From a virus (Duplodnaviria > Caudoviricetes), in the IMG/VR virus record IMGVR_UViG_3300031555_000648, positions 20,458 to 84,457 of that record: DNA of 64,000 nt; one strand, written 5' to 3'. Below the pieces are notes generated by a model. It was not told the origin of the DNA, searched no databases, and saw only the letters and a program-made list of their open reading frames with translations. The position numbers and the translations under genes are program-made. How positions within the stretch are numbered: the first letter of the stretch is position 1; each line of letters begins with the position of its first letter. Below, one piece after another: positions 10,051 to 20,291 of the stretch.

Positions 10051-10869
10051 CTACTTCTTCAACAAAGTCTTTGCTCTAGGCTTAACACTATTCTGTGCTT
10101 TCTTGAACATAGACTTCTTCTTACCACCAGACGCAGACAACTTCTTCTTAGGTGCAACTTCTTCTTCCTCTTCATCTTCGTCATCATCAGTGATGAGTCT
10201 GCTACGACCTGTTGTATCTTCGTCATCATCTTCATCTTCGTCATCTTCCGGTTCATAGTCCTTGGTCAACATCATAAGCTGTTCTTCAACAATGCTCATA
10301 AGGCTGTCCATTGTACCATCATACAAATCACGCAACTTCTCTGGAAGTAACTGCTCAATCTCTTTCTTGGTCAACTTCTCTTCTTCACCACGTTCAATAG
10401 TGTATGTAGTCTGTGTACCCTTTCCGAGACGAACGATAGTAACATCACGATTAGAAAGACCATACTTGTCAGAAATTCTGTCAAGCTGTGATACAACTTT
10501 CATACCCTGCACAAAGAGACGTACTTGGTTCTTACCTTTCTGCTTCTTACCATTCTGGTCAGTGTACTCATACTCACGTCTGTCAACAACAAGATATGCA
10601 CCCTTGTATGTAGGTCTATCACCCTCATCACAGAAAGGACAATCATCACCTGTACAAGCATACTGCTCAAATCTGTTGTCACCTTTCTTAAGGTTGTGCT
10701 CATAGAAATTCACAGGCTCTTCTGTGAGAAATCTTAAATCAGCTTCGTCTCCATCATCTGATAAGAAAAATCTCCACAACTTCTTACCTGCGTTCTCTCT
10801 AGCTTTGTCTTGTCGTGCTTTCTCTTCACGACTGGCTTCATAACCTCTTGCGAACATTTTCTTTCCCAT
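10051..10869 (-). CDS. phage single-stranded DNA-binding protein
   Basis: Aromatic-rich OB-like core with C..CPFC, long acidic tail, located in the replication cluster. Confidence 0.65.
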   Translation of the reverse strand: MGKKMFARGYEASREEKARQDKARENAGKKLWRFFLSDDGDEADLRFLTEEPVNFYEHNLKKGDNRFEQYACTGDDCPFCDEGDRPTYKGAYLVVDRREYEYTDQNGKKQKGKNQVRLFVQGMKVVSQLDRISDKYGLSNRDVTIVRLGKGTQTTYTIERGEEEKLTKKEIEQLLPEKLRDLYDGTMDSLMSIVEEQLMMLTKDYEPEDDEDEDDDEDTTGRSRLITDDDEDEEEEEVAPKKKLSASGGKKKSMFKKAQNSVKPRAKTLLKK

Positions 10870-10935
10870 AATCTCATTACCTCACTTTCTTCATAAATTC
10901 ATAAATTCTATTTAATTATAGGAATTACAGTACAT

Positions 10936-10964
10936 ATACTATCACACATAGAAAAGGTTGTCAA
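10936..10964 (-). promoter_or_regulatory. SigA-type promoter upstream of SSB
   Basis: TTGACA-17 bp-TAGTAT with TG extension. Confidence 0.7.
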
Positions 10965-11999
10965 CTAAAGCCTTTTCAGCTTACGAATGTTGACACCTCT
11001 TGCTGTGCTTAACATTTCTTCAATCTCTTCATCAGACCAATCACACACATCTTTACCATGGTTCGGATAATCTACAATCTTAAAGTCAATCTTGTTCTTT
11101 AATAACATTTTAGCTTTCTCACGACCCTCAAGACCTCTATCATCATTGTCACCAATCCAGATAACACAATCACAGTTTGCACACAACCACTCTGCTTGTC
11201 TCTTTGACATATCATTAGTCATGATAGCATAAGTGTTTGTATGTCCTGCTCGGTGCATACGGATAACATCTAACTGACCCTCAACAATAATAGCAACACC
11301 TTTCTTTGGCTTAGACTTATCTAAAGGATATAACACCTTACTACGCTCAAACTCATCATAGATTTTGTATCTCTGGTTCTTCTTTCGGTTCTTTGCAATA
11401 TAACGACCAATCACACCTGCAAGAACACCATCTTCATAAAATACAGGGATAGTGATTGTCTCATTATCAAGGTCACGACCTATCATGAACTTTCTCATTT
11501 CTTCTTTAGTGAAACCTCGGTCAAAGAAATACCCATAAGTCTCTTTACCACTCTTAAAAGGTGCTAACTTATATCGTGGCAATTCAACCCTCTTCTCGTC
11601 ATCTTTCAGATACACATTTCTGGTCTGCTCATATCTCTTAACATTCTTACTTCTTCTACCTATCTCATGATATTCTAACTCATATCTTAGTGCCAAGAAC
11701 TCTCTGGCTTTTCTCTCTGCTCTAAATGCTGATGGATAGTTTATCTTACCATCTGCATTGTATTTCAACCCAAACTCTTCTGGATTGGAGTATGCTAAGA
11801 GTTTAGCAAAGTTACCTGCAAAGTGACATGAGAAACAGTGACATACTTGCTTCTCAATACTAATACCCATAGAGGGGTTACTCTCTCCATGGACAGGACA
11901 ACACACTAACTTCTCTCCGTCTTTCCAATAATTAGGATTGCTAGTGTCTATATAATCTAAAAGGTCATCAACCTGTTCTTCTGTCATTCTGATACTCAT
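10965..11999 (-). CDS. dnaG: DNA primase (CHC2 zinc finger plus TOPRIM)
   Basis: CPVHGESNPS...CHCFSC; IIVEGQLD; GDNDDRG; start moved to MSIRM. Confidence 0.88.
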   Translation of the reverse strand: MSIRMTEEQVDDLLDYIDTSNPNYWKDGEKLVCCPVHGESNPSMGISIEKQVCHCFSCHFAGNFAKLLAYSNPEEFGLKYNADGKINYPSAFRAERKAREFLALRYELEYHEIGRRSKNVKRYEQTRNVYLKDDEKRVELPRYKLAPFKSGKETYGYFFDRGFTKEEMRKFMIGRDLDNETITIPVFYEDGVLAGVIGRYIAKNRKKNQRYKIYDEFERSKVLYPLDKSKPKKGVAIIVEGQLDVIRMHRAGHTNTYAIMTNDMSKRQAEWLCANCDCVIWIGDNDDRGLEGREKAKMLLKNKIDFKIVDYPNHGKDVCDWSDEEIEEMLSTARGVNIRKLKRL

Positions 12000-12000
12000 A

Positions 12001-12438
12001 CTAACACCAATCCTTACAACAATAGTTATCTGGGTCTTTAATGACCATGTTGCTGTCAAAAGAGGACTTCTCAATGTTATTCTGGTAACACTTTGCCACG
12101 TTCTCTTCTAACTCTGTCTTTAATGTATTCTGTCTAAAGTTATCCCAACACTTTCCGAACAGGTCATTGAACTCTCTTATTCTCTTCTCACTTAAATTGT
12201 AACCTCTAAGAAGATATTCTAACTCTCTGAACTCTTCAAGTTTAACACTACCCAAAGTCTCTTCTAAGCATTGGTCTAAATAACCATCTTCTGACACTTT
12301 ATACACAGACAGGTCTTCTCCTGTGTCTAAGTGGTCTGTATTCATACACTTTCCATTCTGGAAGTGGTGACACCATCTACAACACTTCTGCCAACTGTCA
12401 TCACTAACAGGAACAGGCTGTACTTTTCTTAACTTCAT
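12001..12438 (-). CDS. hypothetical Cys-containing protein
   Basis: CCRWC..C and terminal CCKDWC; GAGGTG RBS before MKLRKVQ. Confidence 0.6.
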   Translation of the reverse strand: MKLRKVQPVPVSDDSWQKCCRWCHHFQNGKCMNTDHLDTGEDLSVYKVSEDGYLDQCLEETLGSVKLEEFRELEYLLRGYNLSEKRIREFNDLFGKCWDNFRQNTLKTELEENVAKCYQNNIEKSSFDSNMVIKDPDNYCCKDWC

Positions 12439-12488
12439 TTCAACACCTCTTTCGGTCATATTTTATAGTCTTATTATAACACAAAAGA

Positions 12489-12512
12489 ACTAGGGAGTAA
12501 AATCTCCCTAGT
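12489..12512 (-). terminator. intrinsic terminator after the DnaB gene
   Basis: 9-bp stem ACTAGGGAG/CTCCCTAGT followed by TCTTTT on the minus strand. Confidence 0.7.
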
Positions 12513-13845
12513 CCACGCTCATAATCTTATCATTGGTATCTTCTGGCTCTGAATTGTCACTACTGTCATTACCATCACTGCTCTCTGAATAAATGCTCTT
12601 AAAGTTCATCTTATCAAAGTTCCAATTTATGATAACTTTACCAAGGACACCCTCACGCTGTTTAAGAACTTTCACACCCATTTCTTTATCATTTATCATG
12701 ATTTCGTCTCTGAACAGTGCAAGCACGTTGTCACTATCTTGACCAATACTCTGGGTGTACATGATAGACCCTAATTCTGGTCCTGTTTTCTTACTTGTGT
12801 TCTTATCTGCTTGTGTATTGATAACAATAGGTAAATGCCAATTCTTAGCTGTCTTCTTAAGGTCTCTGGTAATATGTGTTACTCTCAACCAATCATCTTT
12901 AGCACCCTGCTCATCTTCCATAAGATAAGCACCATCAACAAGTACTAAATCTGGCTTCTCTCTTTCAATTACAGACACAACACTTGAGATACCTGTAGCT
13001 GTCTCAATGATAAGTGGCTCTAACTTCGGCAAGTCTTCCTCCAAGAACTCAAAATATGTATTCTCAGTCTCAATATCTAAGTTACCTGCTTTGAAGTTAT
13101 TGTAACTAAAATCACCATACATCATACCAAACAGCATAGCTTCAAATCGGTCTTGCATGAGGTCTGTACTCATTTCTGTAATGAAACACACTACTTTATA
13201 ACCATTCAGCATTGCATAAGCACCAAACAACACTAACAACCAAGTTTTACCAACACCTGTACCTGCGATTACTGTGGTCAAGGTCTCTTTGATAAATCCT
13301 TTAAGGATATAATCAAGGTGAGGAATACCTGTTGATATACCAATCATACCTTTGTTCTTCTTACGCTCTAAATAGGCTTGCTTTCGGTCATCAGTATTCT
13401 TGGTAATATCCACACTACTGCTCTCAACAATCTCGTCTTCAATCTTCCAGACACCTTGCTTCATGAGAGTATATGCTTCTTCTGTCTCACCATTATCAAG
13501 TTTCTCGGCAACTTCTTCGGTAATGTCTGCCATTCGATTATGCTTTGCTTTGGTTCTTAATTCTTTACACCAATATAATAAGGTCTCATCAGTGCCTACA
13601 ACACTTTCGCCATCAATCTTGTGGCTCTCAAGTTCATAACTAGGAAACTTCTGCTTAATGACTCTAGGTGTTGGAACTTCACCTGTCTCTTTAAACACTT
13701 CCTGTATGTACTGAAAGACTCTTCGATTATCTCCTGTCAAAAAGAATGGCTGTATCTGTTGGTCTTTAAGCAACTTGAAGTCCTTACTTTCGACTAACTT
13801 TGATATAAAGCCACGCTCTACACTGTATTGTTTAACTTTCTTCAA
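12508..13845 (-). CDS. dnaB: DnaB-like replicative helicase
   Basis: Walker A AGTGVGKT, EMS, LVLVDGAYLM, VINTQ, KVLKQREG. Confidence 0.88.
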   Translation of the reverse strand: MKKVKQYSVERGFISKLVESKDFKLLKDQQIQPFFLTGDNRRVFQYIQEVFKETGEVPTPRVIKQKFPSYELESHKIDGESVVGTDETLLYWCKELRTKAKHNRMADITEEVAEKLDNGETEEAYTLMKQGVWKIEDEIVESSSVDITKNTDDRKQAYLERKKNKGMIGISTGIPHLDYILKGFIKETLTTVIAGTGVGKTWLLVLFGAYAMLNGYKVVCFITEMSTDLMQDRFEAMLFGMMYGDFSYNNFKAGNLDIETENTYFEFLEEDLPKLEPLIIETATGISSVVSVIEREKPDLVLVDGAYLMEDEQGAKDDWLRVTHITRDLKKTAKNWHLPIVINTQADKNTSKKTGPELGSIMYTQSIGQDSDNVLALFRDEIMINDKEMGVKVLKQREGVLGKVIINWNFDKMNFKSIYSESSDGNDSSDNSEPEDTNDKIMSVD

Positions 13846-14281
13846 AACGCTTTACTCTCCTTTTCAAGATAGTATTAAATTCATCAACGCTCACTGCATA
13901 CCTGCTGTTCACGCTACTTCTGTCAAGTATATCATCTGAAACATAATAGGTCAACTGTCCTGTATTCAACATCATAGTGACCTCGGATATACTCTTAAGT
14001 ACAGTTCCTACTTGATTAAATGGAAAGTCGGCAAGGAATTTCTTAGCTTCCTCTGTGTAGTTTTTCTCATCAATAATAAGGACAACAGTGTATTCAGTGT
14101 TCCAATAAATGTAACTCATAAGTGATAAGACTTTCTGGTCAACCTCTGCTCTGGCAGTCTTACCTCTAATAGCATTGGCAATCTTATCACCTATAGAGTC
14201 ATCTTTGTATCGCAACAGGTTATTTTCACATCTAACACCTATCACGAAACTTCTCTGATTAGATATATCACCATGGAGCAC
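13832..14281 (-). CDS. hypothetical protein
   Basis: 149 aa ORF coupled to DnaB. Confidence 0.6.
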   Translation of the reverse strand: MLHGDISNQRSFVIGVRCENNLLRYKDDSIGDKIANAIRGKTARAEVDQKVLSLMSYIYWNTEYTVVLIIDEKNYTEEAKKFLADFPFNQVGTVLKSISEVTMMLNTGQLTYYVSDDILDRSSVNSRYAVSVDEFNTILKRRVKRFEES

Positions 14282-14286
14282 TACTC

Positions 14287-14643
14287 TTATACCTCCTTTA
14301 AGTAATCAGAATATGTCTTAGGTGGAATAGGTGTCATACTAAAGTGTCTCTGTGAATAGCCATTCTCTTTCTTAGGTCTTAAGTAAAGAGTTCCATTCTC
14401 ACACTCAATTAAACACTTCTGCCACTTCTTGCTTCTTCCAGACGGAATTTCTGCTAACACAATCTGACCTATTTTGAATGGCTTGATTTTGATTTCAAGC
14501 ATTTCATTCTGCACCTGCTCTTTTCTCTGCTGTAATGCAAAAATCTTCTTGTCAAGGTCAGTCACCTCACTCATCAGTTCTAAGAACTTTTCATCATCTT
14601 TTTCCTTTGGACTCACTGCTTTACTTGCTTTCTTCAATGCCAT
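14287..14643 (-). CDS. hypothetical protein
   Basis: AAGGAGG RBS before MALKKAS. Confidence 0.6.
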   Translation of the reverse strand: MALKKASKAVSPKEKDDEKFLELMSEVTDLDKKIFALQQRKEQVQNEMLEIKIKPFKIGQIVLAEIPSGRSKKWQKCLIECENGTLYLRPKKENGYSQRHFSMTPIPPKTYSDYLKEV

Positions 14644-14962
14644 GGTCTCTTCCTCCTTTAAATTTATTATAGTCATCTTCACTCACAAAATAGTGAGAAT
14701 AATAACCCAACTCTGCATTGCAATTATAGTACTCATAATCACTTACTGACCTGTCAAACTTATTTATGTTATGCTCACAGGTTTTAACATTGATAGTTAA
14801 TGGCTTTATCCAAGGACTTGACCCATCTACAGCACTATCATGAACTTTACAAGGGAGTAACAAAATGCTACACCCCTGTCTATACATCTTTCTGGCAGTA
14901 GGTTTATTGACTCTCTTATAATTCACCTCTAAAAACCTCCTGTCTCTTATCTTCACTGTCAA
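14621..14962 (-). CDS. hypothetical protein
   Basis: 113 aa ORF in operon context. Confidence 0.5.
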   Translation of the reverse strand: MTVKIRDRRFLEVNYKRVNKPTARKMYRQGCSILLLPCKVHDSAVDGSSPWIKPLTINVKTCEHNINKFDRSVSDYEYYNCNAELGYYSHYFVSEDDYNKFKGGRDHGIEESK

Positions 14963-15542
14963 TTACAATAACAGTCATATTCCCATTGATAAGGGAACAC
15001 ACACTTGCCCCATAAATCTCTTTAATGGTGGCAGGTGTTAAATTGGTACAGATAATGGTCACAAGTCCATGCTCTTCTCTGTATCTCAAGAGGTCTTCCA
15101 GAATAGGCTTTGCAATCTTGCTGTCAATCTCTTTGCCAATCTCTTCAAGCACAAGGAACTCTACACCTTTATACTTATCTAATAGGTCTTGCTCAATTAC
15201 ATCACGCTCATCTTTATTAGCACCCCAACTTTCGGTATATGCACCTATGTATGCACTAAAAGTTACTCTCCTGCATGAGTATCGGTGCTTGTACATTTCT
15301 TTAAGAATAATGCAGGAAAGAAAACTCTTACCCACACCATTACTCCCAATGAAACAAATACCATTATTCTCATCAATGTTGGTCTCAAGGTCTGCAAGAT
15401 ACTTACTCACAAAATCCTTTATCTGCTTCAAGGACTTCTTACCAAAGGTGTCAAAGTCGTTTATAGTCTTATTACAAAACTTCTTAGGAACACCCATCAT
15501 AATTAAACTGTCATTACTTACTTCTTCTCTTAAAGGTCTCAT
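14916..15542 (-). CDS. DnaC/IstB-like AAA+ helicase loader
   Basis: GSNGVGKS Walker A, FLVLEEIG Walker B, TIICTNL. Confidence 0.85.
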   Translation of the reverse strand: MRPLREEVSNDSLIMMGVPKKFCNKTINDFDTFGKKSLKQIKDFVSKYLADLETNIDENNGICFIGSNGVGKSFLSCIILKEMYKHRYSCRRVTFSAYIGAYTESWGANKDERDVIEQDLLDKYKGVEFLVLEEIGKEIDSKIAKPILEDLLRYREEHGLVTIICTNLTPATIKEIYGASVCSLINGNMTVIVIDSEDKRQEVFRGEL

Positions 15543-15678
15543 TACTTTCCTCCGAACTGATTATTTCTTTATAACAAGGACAATTTTCATTAAGTGAACC
15601 CACATGGTCACATCTGTCATAGTATATAGGACACATAGGGCATATAAAGTTTACCATTAGGGTAAATATATCTTCCAC
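15514..15678 (-). CDS. small Cys-rich protein (GTG start, not in track)
   Basis: GGAGGT RBS; FICPMCPIYYDRCDHVGSLNENCPC fills the gap between two genes. Confidence 0.4.
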   Translation of the reverse strand: MEDIFTLMVNFICPMCPIYYDRCDHVGSLNENCPCYKEIISSEESNETFKRRSK

Positions 15679-16229
15679 TATAATGTACCTCCTATTACTA
15701 CGTCATTTTTTGTCTTAGCAACATCTTTATCCCACTCACGCTGTTTTACACTCTTCTTTTTCTTAGCTTGTACACTGCGTGGAACATACTTATCATCAAC
15801 CCACAACTGCATATCTGCATACACTGTGTTGACCCATGAACTTGCTAAAATGTTAGGACTTAATCTATCCTTATCAAGATAATCTTGGTCACTCTCATAC
15901 AGGAACTCAATCATACCACAAATTTCTCGGTTGCTGTAACTTGCTCTAAGTCTCTTCATGATTGCCATGTCTTTCTTAATATTAGCAATCACATATTTCT
16001 GACCCTGCTCTTCTGCAATCTCTCTAAAATAGTAAACAAGGTCTCTTGTACCCAGATTGTCTATGGTGTTTTCAAGGTCATTATATTTTCTCAAAAAAGA
16101 CTCATAAGGACTACTTGAAGCCTTTTTCTGTCTGGTTGGTGGAGTAGGAACTTCTTTCGGCTTTTCTTCACTCTGTCCTCTACTCATTCTAAATTCTGAT
16201 AACAAAGCCTTTGTGTTGTTCGGTATCAA
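15678..16229 (-). CDS. hypothetical protein, possible replication initiator or loader partner
   Basis: Immediately upstream of the DnaC-like gene; function inferred from position only. Confidence 0.5.
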   Translation of the reverse strand: MIPNNTKALLSEFRMSRGQSEEKPKEVPTPPTRQKKASSSPYESFLRKYNDLENTIDNLGTRDLVYYFREIAEEQGQKYVIANIKKDMAIMKRLRASYSNREICGMIEFLYESDQDYLDKDRLSPNILASSWVNTVYADMQLWVDDKYVPRSVQAKKKKSVKQREWDKDVAKTKNDVVIGGTL

Positions 16230-16340
16230 CTCTGTTACACTCCTTTCACTCTAAATTTCAACATAGCAATTATATCATAAAATCATAAAATAGACAAATA
16301 AGACCATAACAGCTAGTCCACTGCTATGGTCTCACTCTAC

Positions 16341-16670
16341 CTACTTATACTGATTTACAATGTTCTGCAAGGTCTCATCTACAGTGCTAACAACTCTTTC
16401 ATAAGCCTGTTGGGTTGTTTCACCCTCCTGCACTTCATCTGTCAACCACACATCTACTCTCAAACTCTCATAGTCTCCCATGTTAAGAGTTGTACCAATA
16501 CTAACACCAACTGTAGGATTGCTTCCATCAAGGTGCTTTCTGGAATGGTCATTTGGCTTACCCTCTTTAAGAGTGGTCTGGTTCTTAGATGTACCTCTGG
16601 TAACTGTGGCATTTTCTTCTGCCTGTGCTGACAACGACTTCTTCAACGATTTGTTCTTTAAACTTGCCAT
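16341..16670 (-). CDS. hypothetical protein
   Basis: GGAGGT RBS; TLNMGDYESLRVDV core. Confidence 0.6.
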   Translation of the reverse strand: MASLKNKSLKKSLSAQAEENATVTRGTSKNQTTLKEGKPNDHSRKHLDGSNPTVGVSIGTTLNMGDYESLRVDVWLTDEVQEGETTQQAYERVVSTVDETLQNIVNQYK

Positions 16671-16692
16671 GATAACTGCTACCTCCTTAAGA

Positions 16693-17043
16693 TTACTGCT
16701 CTACATACATTCCATGTCTGTCAGAGTCTTTGATTGTTACAGCAATTATAAACTCACTGTTCTCAAGAGTCAAATTCACCACTTTACCCTTGTCATTAAA
16801 CTGACTCACTTTGTAGCTTGGGTCAAGGTTGAACTGACTAGAAACTACCTGCGTAGCAAGTCTAAGTCTTTCAGTGTTAGCACCCTCGGACTGCTTCTTC
16901 TCTTCTGCTTTCGCAATAGCTTCTTTCTCGTCCTCATTCATAACAGGTTCTTTCTCAACTGCTTCTGCGACAGTTTCTTCCACTTTTTCTTCAACTACAG
17001 CAGGTGTGGTCTTCTCTGCTTTCTTCTTTGCTTTCAGTGCCAT
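16693..17043 (-). CDS. hypothetical protein
   Basis: GAGG RBS, 116 aa. Confidence 0.6.
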   Translation of the reverse strand: MALKAKKKAEKTTPAVVEEKVEETVAEAVEKEPVMNEDEKEAIAKAEEKKQSEGANTERLRLATQVVSSQFNLDPSYKVSQFNDKGKVVNLTLENSEFIIAVTIKDSDRHGMYVEQ

Positions 17044-17046
17044 GTC

Positions 17047-17385
17047 TTAATCCTCTTCTTTCTTGAAAAATTTATCATTTATCTTCTGAAACTCCCTGTA
17101 GAGTTTATCAGTAAATGCTGTGTGACTAACCCTAGAGCCTTGTGTGATGTGTGAACTTTCAGCACACTTGACAATAGCGTCAATGTGTTCTTTGGAGTAG
17201 AGTCGTTTACCTTTCTGCTTAAAAGGTGTTGGTGGTATGATACCTCCAACTTCCCACTTTCGGATAGTCTGTGAGGTTCTACCGAGTGCTTCTGCTACAA
17301 CACCTATATTGTACAGTGTGGTCTTAACTCCTGTTGGTGATGTATAGGGAATTTCTCTACCCCACGGAGTCTTTTCGTAACTCAC
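17047..17385 (-). CDS. MerR-family HTH protein
   Basis: YNIGVVAEALGRTSQTIRKWE...GKRLYSKEHI. Confidence 0.8.
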   Translation of the reverse strand: MSYEKTPWGREIPYTSPTGVKTTLYNIGVVAEALGRTSQTIRKWEVGGIIPPTPFKQKGKRLYSKEHIDAIVKCAESSHITQGSRVSHTAFTDKLYREFQKINDKFFKKEED

Positions 17386-17391
17386 TACTTA

Positions 17392-17895
17392 CTACTTCTT
17401 TCTTGCCACTTTAGCAGTAGATACTTCTACCTCTGGCATAGCTTCTTTCTCTTTAACAAGAACAGAATAGCTTACCTTAGTGTTAGTAAAGGCTTCTACT
17501 TCATCTAAAGTAATACGCTTGTCCTGTATTGCAGACTGCAATCTGTCCTCATTAACCGTCTTTGTGGTCACTACATCTACTACATCACCTAATCCCATAG
17601 ACTCAAGTGTCTCAACAGCTTTGTCCTGCTCAATGCTAAATGACTTCTTGGCTACTTTACCCATGATGTGGCTGTCACTCTCAAGGTAGAATGAACCCTT
17701 GTCATCTTTTACACCGAACTGTTCAGCACCATTCTTAATCTTCTCTGCAAGTGCTTTCTTCTGTTCTTCTAACTGCTTAATCTGTGCCGAAATATCAGCA
17801 TACTCTCTACCCATCTTCGCAATGTCATCAGCAGAGAATAAAGGCTTAATCTTACTTTCGGCAGGTTTCTTTGATACTTTCTTCAATGTTGCCAT
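17392..17895 (-). CDS. hypothetical coiled-coil protein
   Basis: GGAGGT RBS before MATLKKV. Confidence 0.6.
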   Translation of the reverse strand: MATLKKVSKKPAESKIKPLFSADDIAKMGREYADISAQIKQLEEQKKALAEKIKNGAEQFGVKDDKGSFYLESDSHIMGKVAKKSFSIEQDKAVETLESMGLGDVVDVVTTKTVNEDRLQSAIQDKRITLDEVEAFTNTKVSYSVLVKEKEAMPEVEVSTAKVARKK

Positions 17896-17927
17896 TTCAG
17901 CATACCTCCTTAATTTTATGTGGTAAA

Positions 17928-17956
17928 AGTGTAGCATAGATTTTCAATAGTGTCAA
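17928..17956 (-). promoter_or_regulatory. SigA-type promoter
   Basis: TTGACA-17 bp-TACACT with TG extension. Confidence 0.7.
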
Positions 17957-19518
17957 CTGTTATAACCTCTGGTAAACATTCCTTTTCTCTTGGAATTAAA
18001 GGTTTCTTTAGAGTCCTTTATTTTATACTTGAGTCTTCTGTATGCTGTCTGTCTGGTAGCATAATGACTTCCTAAAGAATAACACTTAGAATATCTTATA
18101 TCATACACTTTAACAGGATTGAGTTTACCCTCTTTTCGTCTTCTGATACGACCTGTAGCTTGCTCTACATTTTTCTGGTTATTTACAGAAGACACTAAAA
18201 ACTCTACTTCCCATGACTTCACATTTGTACCCTCTGTAGCTTTAGCGTATGTAGCAAGTGTGACAAGTATTTCTTTATTCTCTGCCTTTCTCATCATATC
18301 TTCGGACTTCTCTTTGCTATCACCATAGTACAGCATAATCTGGTCTTTTGGAATATAACGACAAAGGTGTCTATAATAAAGGTTAATATGCTCCTTTTGA
18401 GTGAACAGGGCAATGATAGAATGACCTTGATTATAGTGTTCAATAATTTTCTTACACACCATAATTTTGGTCTTGGAACTTTTCACTGCTTCATCATCAA
18501 TAGTTAAATAAGGAATACTTGGTCTCTCACCATGTGGCAGGTCTGACACAAACACTAAGGTCTCTGGTAAGTCTTCCTCTTTGAAGTCATGATAATTGAA
18601 TACCTGCTTCTTAAATAGGAATGGCTTATATTCAAATGGACTGTCTAACACCTCAACTTCAACACTACAAATATCCTCATCATCTTCTGTGATAACGTGC
18701 TTATAACAAAGACCTCCAAAGAACAGGTCAAACACAAAATTCAGACCATCACTACGATTAGGTGTAGCTGATAGTCCTAATTTATACTTACTGCTAAACT
18801 GATTGATAATGTTAAAGATATTCAGTCCTACATGGTGACACTCATCTTGTACTACAAATCCAAAAGCACCTATAAGGTCTTGTAATTCATGCTCACTCAT
18901 TCTACTCAAAGTCTGGACTGTGGCAATAGTAATCTGCTTACCTACTTTTCGGCTCTTTGCTTTAATGAGTCCTATGTCAATGTCATCACCAAAACATTTC
19001 TTAATGTCATTCTGCCAACCTACAACAAGGTCATCTTTGTGTACTAAAATCAAAGTCTTCTGCCCCAACTTCTGTGCAATATGAAGTGCAAGAATACTTT
19101 TACCCTTACCTGTAGGTAATTGTATGATACATTTTGGGTGTACTGCATAAGTGACTTCTTGCATATATTCTTTTTCGGCTCTAATTTGGTCATTTCGGAG
19201 TTCCAAAAGAAACTTAGGGAACTTTACTCGTACATCATGTCTTTTGTCCTCAAATGGCACAAATGGAACATCAAGTATCTTACTGACATTAACACCTATA
19301 GGAACTTCTAACACTTTCTTTCTCTCACCATCTTCATCTTTGACACTAAATTCGCTGTAGTAGGTCAAGTAAGGTGGAATGGAAATGTATTTTGACCTAG
19401 AATATCTTTTGGCATTTTTATAAGCAGGATTGTCAAAAGTAAGTGCTTCCTTTATCTTCTCTCTCTGCTCACTTGTCAGACCATAAATCTCTTGGTCATT
19501 AGATTGTACTATATTCAT
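17953..19518 (-). CDS. SF2 DEAD/DEAH-box helicase (UvsW/ResIII-like)
   Basis: LPTGKGKS, VQDECHH, LGLSATP, QATGRIRR. Confidence 0.88.
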   Translation of the reverse strand: MNIVQSNDQEIYGLTSEQREKIKEALTFDNPAYKNAKRYSRSKYISIPPYLTYYSEFSVKDEDGERKKVLEVPIGVNVSKILDVPFVPFEDKRHDVRVKFPKFLLELRNDQIRAEKEYMQEVTYAVHPKCIIQLPTGKGKSILALHIAQKLGQKTLILVHKDDLVVGWQNDIKKCFGDDIDIGLIKAKSRKVGKQITIATVQTLSRMSEHELQDLIGAFGFVVQDECHHVGLNIFNIINQFSSKYKLGLSATPNRSDGLNFVFDLFFGGLCYKHVITEDDEDICSVEVEVLDSPFEYKPFLFKKQVFNYHDFKEEDLPETLVFVSDLPHGERPSIPYLTIDDEAVKSSKTKIMVCKKIIEHYNQGHSIIALFTQKEHINLYYRHLCRYIPKDQIMLYYGDSKEKSEDMMRKAENKEILVTLATYAKATEGTNVKSWEVEFLVSSVNNQKNVEQATGRIRRRKEGKLNPVKVYDIRYSKCYSLGSHYATRQTAYRRLKYKIKDSKETFNSKRKGMFTRGYNS

Positions 19519-20116
19519 TAGTTATCTCCTTTCTATGTAAACTTCCTGTGTCTTCATCATATTCAACAGTCCACTCATAATGATTGTCTTTAAGGACTGC
19601 CAATACATCATCTAAAATTCTTCGTTCTCTTGGTCTATTCTTCTTTTGACCTCTGATTATTACTTCACCAGAAAGTGCTAACTCTTCAATGACTAAGGTA
19701 GCTTTAATCATTCTCTGTTTCTCCTTTTCAATCTTCTGCTTCTCGTACAGCATTTTGTTATACTCTTTCATATAGGATTTTCTGTATGCCTGTCTTTCTG
19801 GTTTAGCTTCATGTCTTGCTCTTCTAGCTTTACCTTTTTCTGACTTCTCATATCTCTTAAATCTAGCCTTGGCAAACTCATTAGTATTCATTCTGTGTAT
19901 CATTTCCTTACCTTTCGGAGTTTGTCTATATTTTGCTGTGGCTCTTGCCTTTGGGTCATCTATCTGTCTTATGACCTCTTGTCTTCTTTCAGTCTTTATG
20001 GAAGTCTCATAATCAACACTAAAACTAACCTCTTCTTCACTTAAAATGTCACTGTCATTGATACAGTCACTAAATTTGCAGTGAAGACAATCCATGTCAC
20101 ATATTTTCTCACTCAT
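19499..20116 (-). CDS. basic hypothetical protein
   Basis: N-terminal CxxxCxxC; repeated Y..(S/T)xKGK units. Confidence 0.55.
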   Translation of the reverse strand: MSEKICDMDCLHCKFSDCINDSDILSEEEVSFSVDYETSIKTERRQEVIRQIDDPKARATAKYRQTPKGKEMIHRMNTNEFAKARFKRYEKSEKGKARRARHEAKPERQAYRKSYMKEYNKMLYEKQKIEKEKQRMIKATLVIEELALSGEVIIRGQKKNRPRERRILDDVLAVLKDNHYEWTVEYDEDTGSLHRKEITNEYSTI

Positions 20117-20210
20117 GCTACAACCTCAACTTTCTACAATGGAGTCTTTGGCTATTATAGCATATATTGCTAAACAAAGCAAAAGACCCAAGCAGTCCGA
20201 AACCACTTAG

Positions 20211-20280
20211 GTCTGTAACTTAAATCTTTATTAAGTTCTATAATATTATATAATTAAATAATTTATATTACAGAACTAAG
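20211..20280. repeat. AT-rich element bounded by inverted TCTGTAA; homologous to 61872-61943
   Basis: GTCTGTAA...AT core...TTACAGAACTAA; the reverse complement aligns with the 61.9 kb element. Confidence 0.65.
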
Positions 20281-20291
20281 AGCCGACACTC

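Noticed and set aside
10140-10260. TCA/TCT/TCG-rich trinucleotide-like repeats in SSB and in 53600-53750
   Set aside because: They simply encode Asp/Glu tracts of acidic protein regions.
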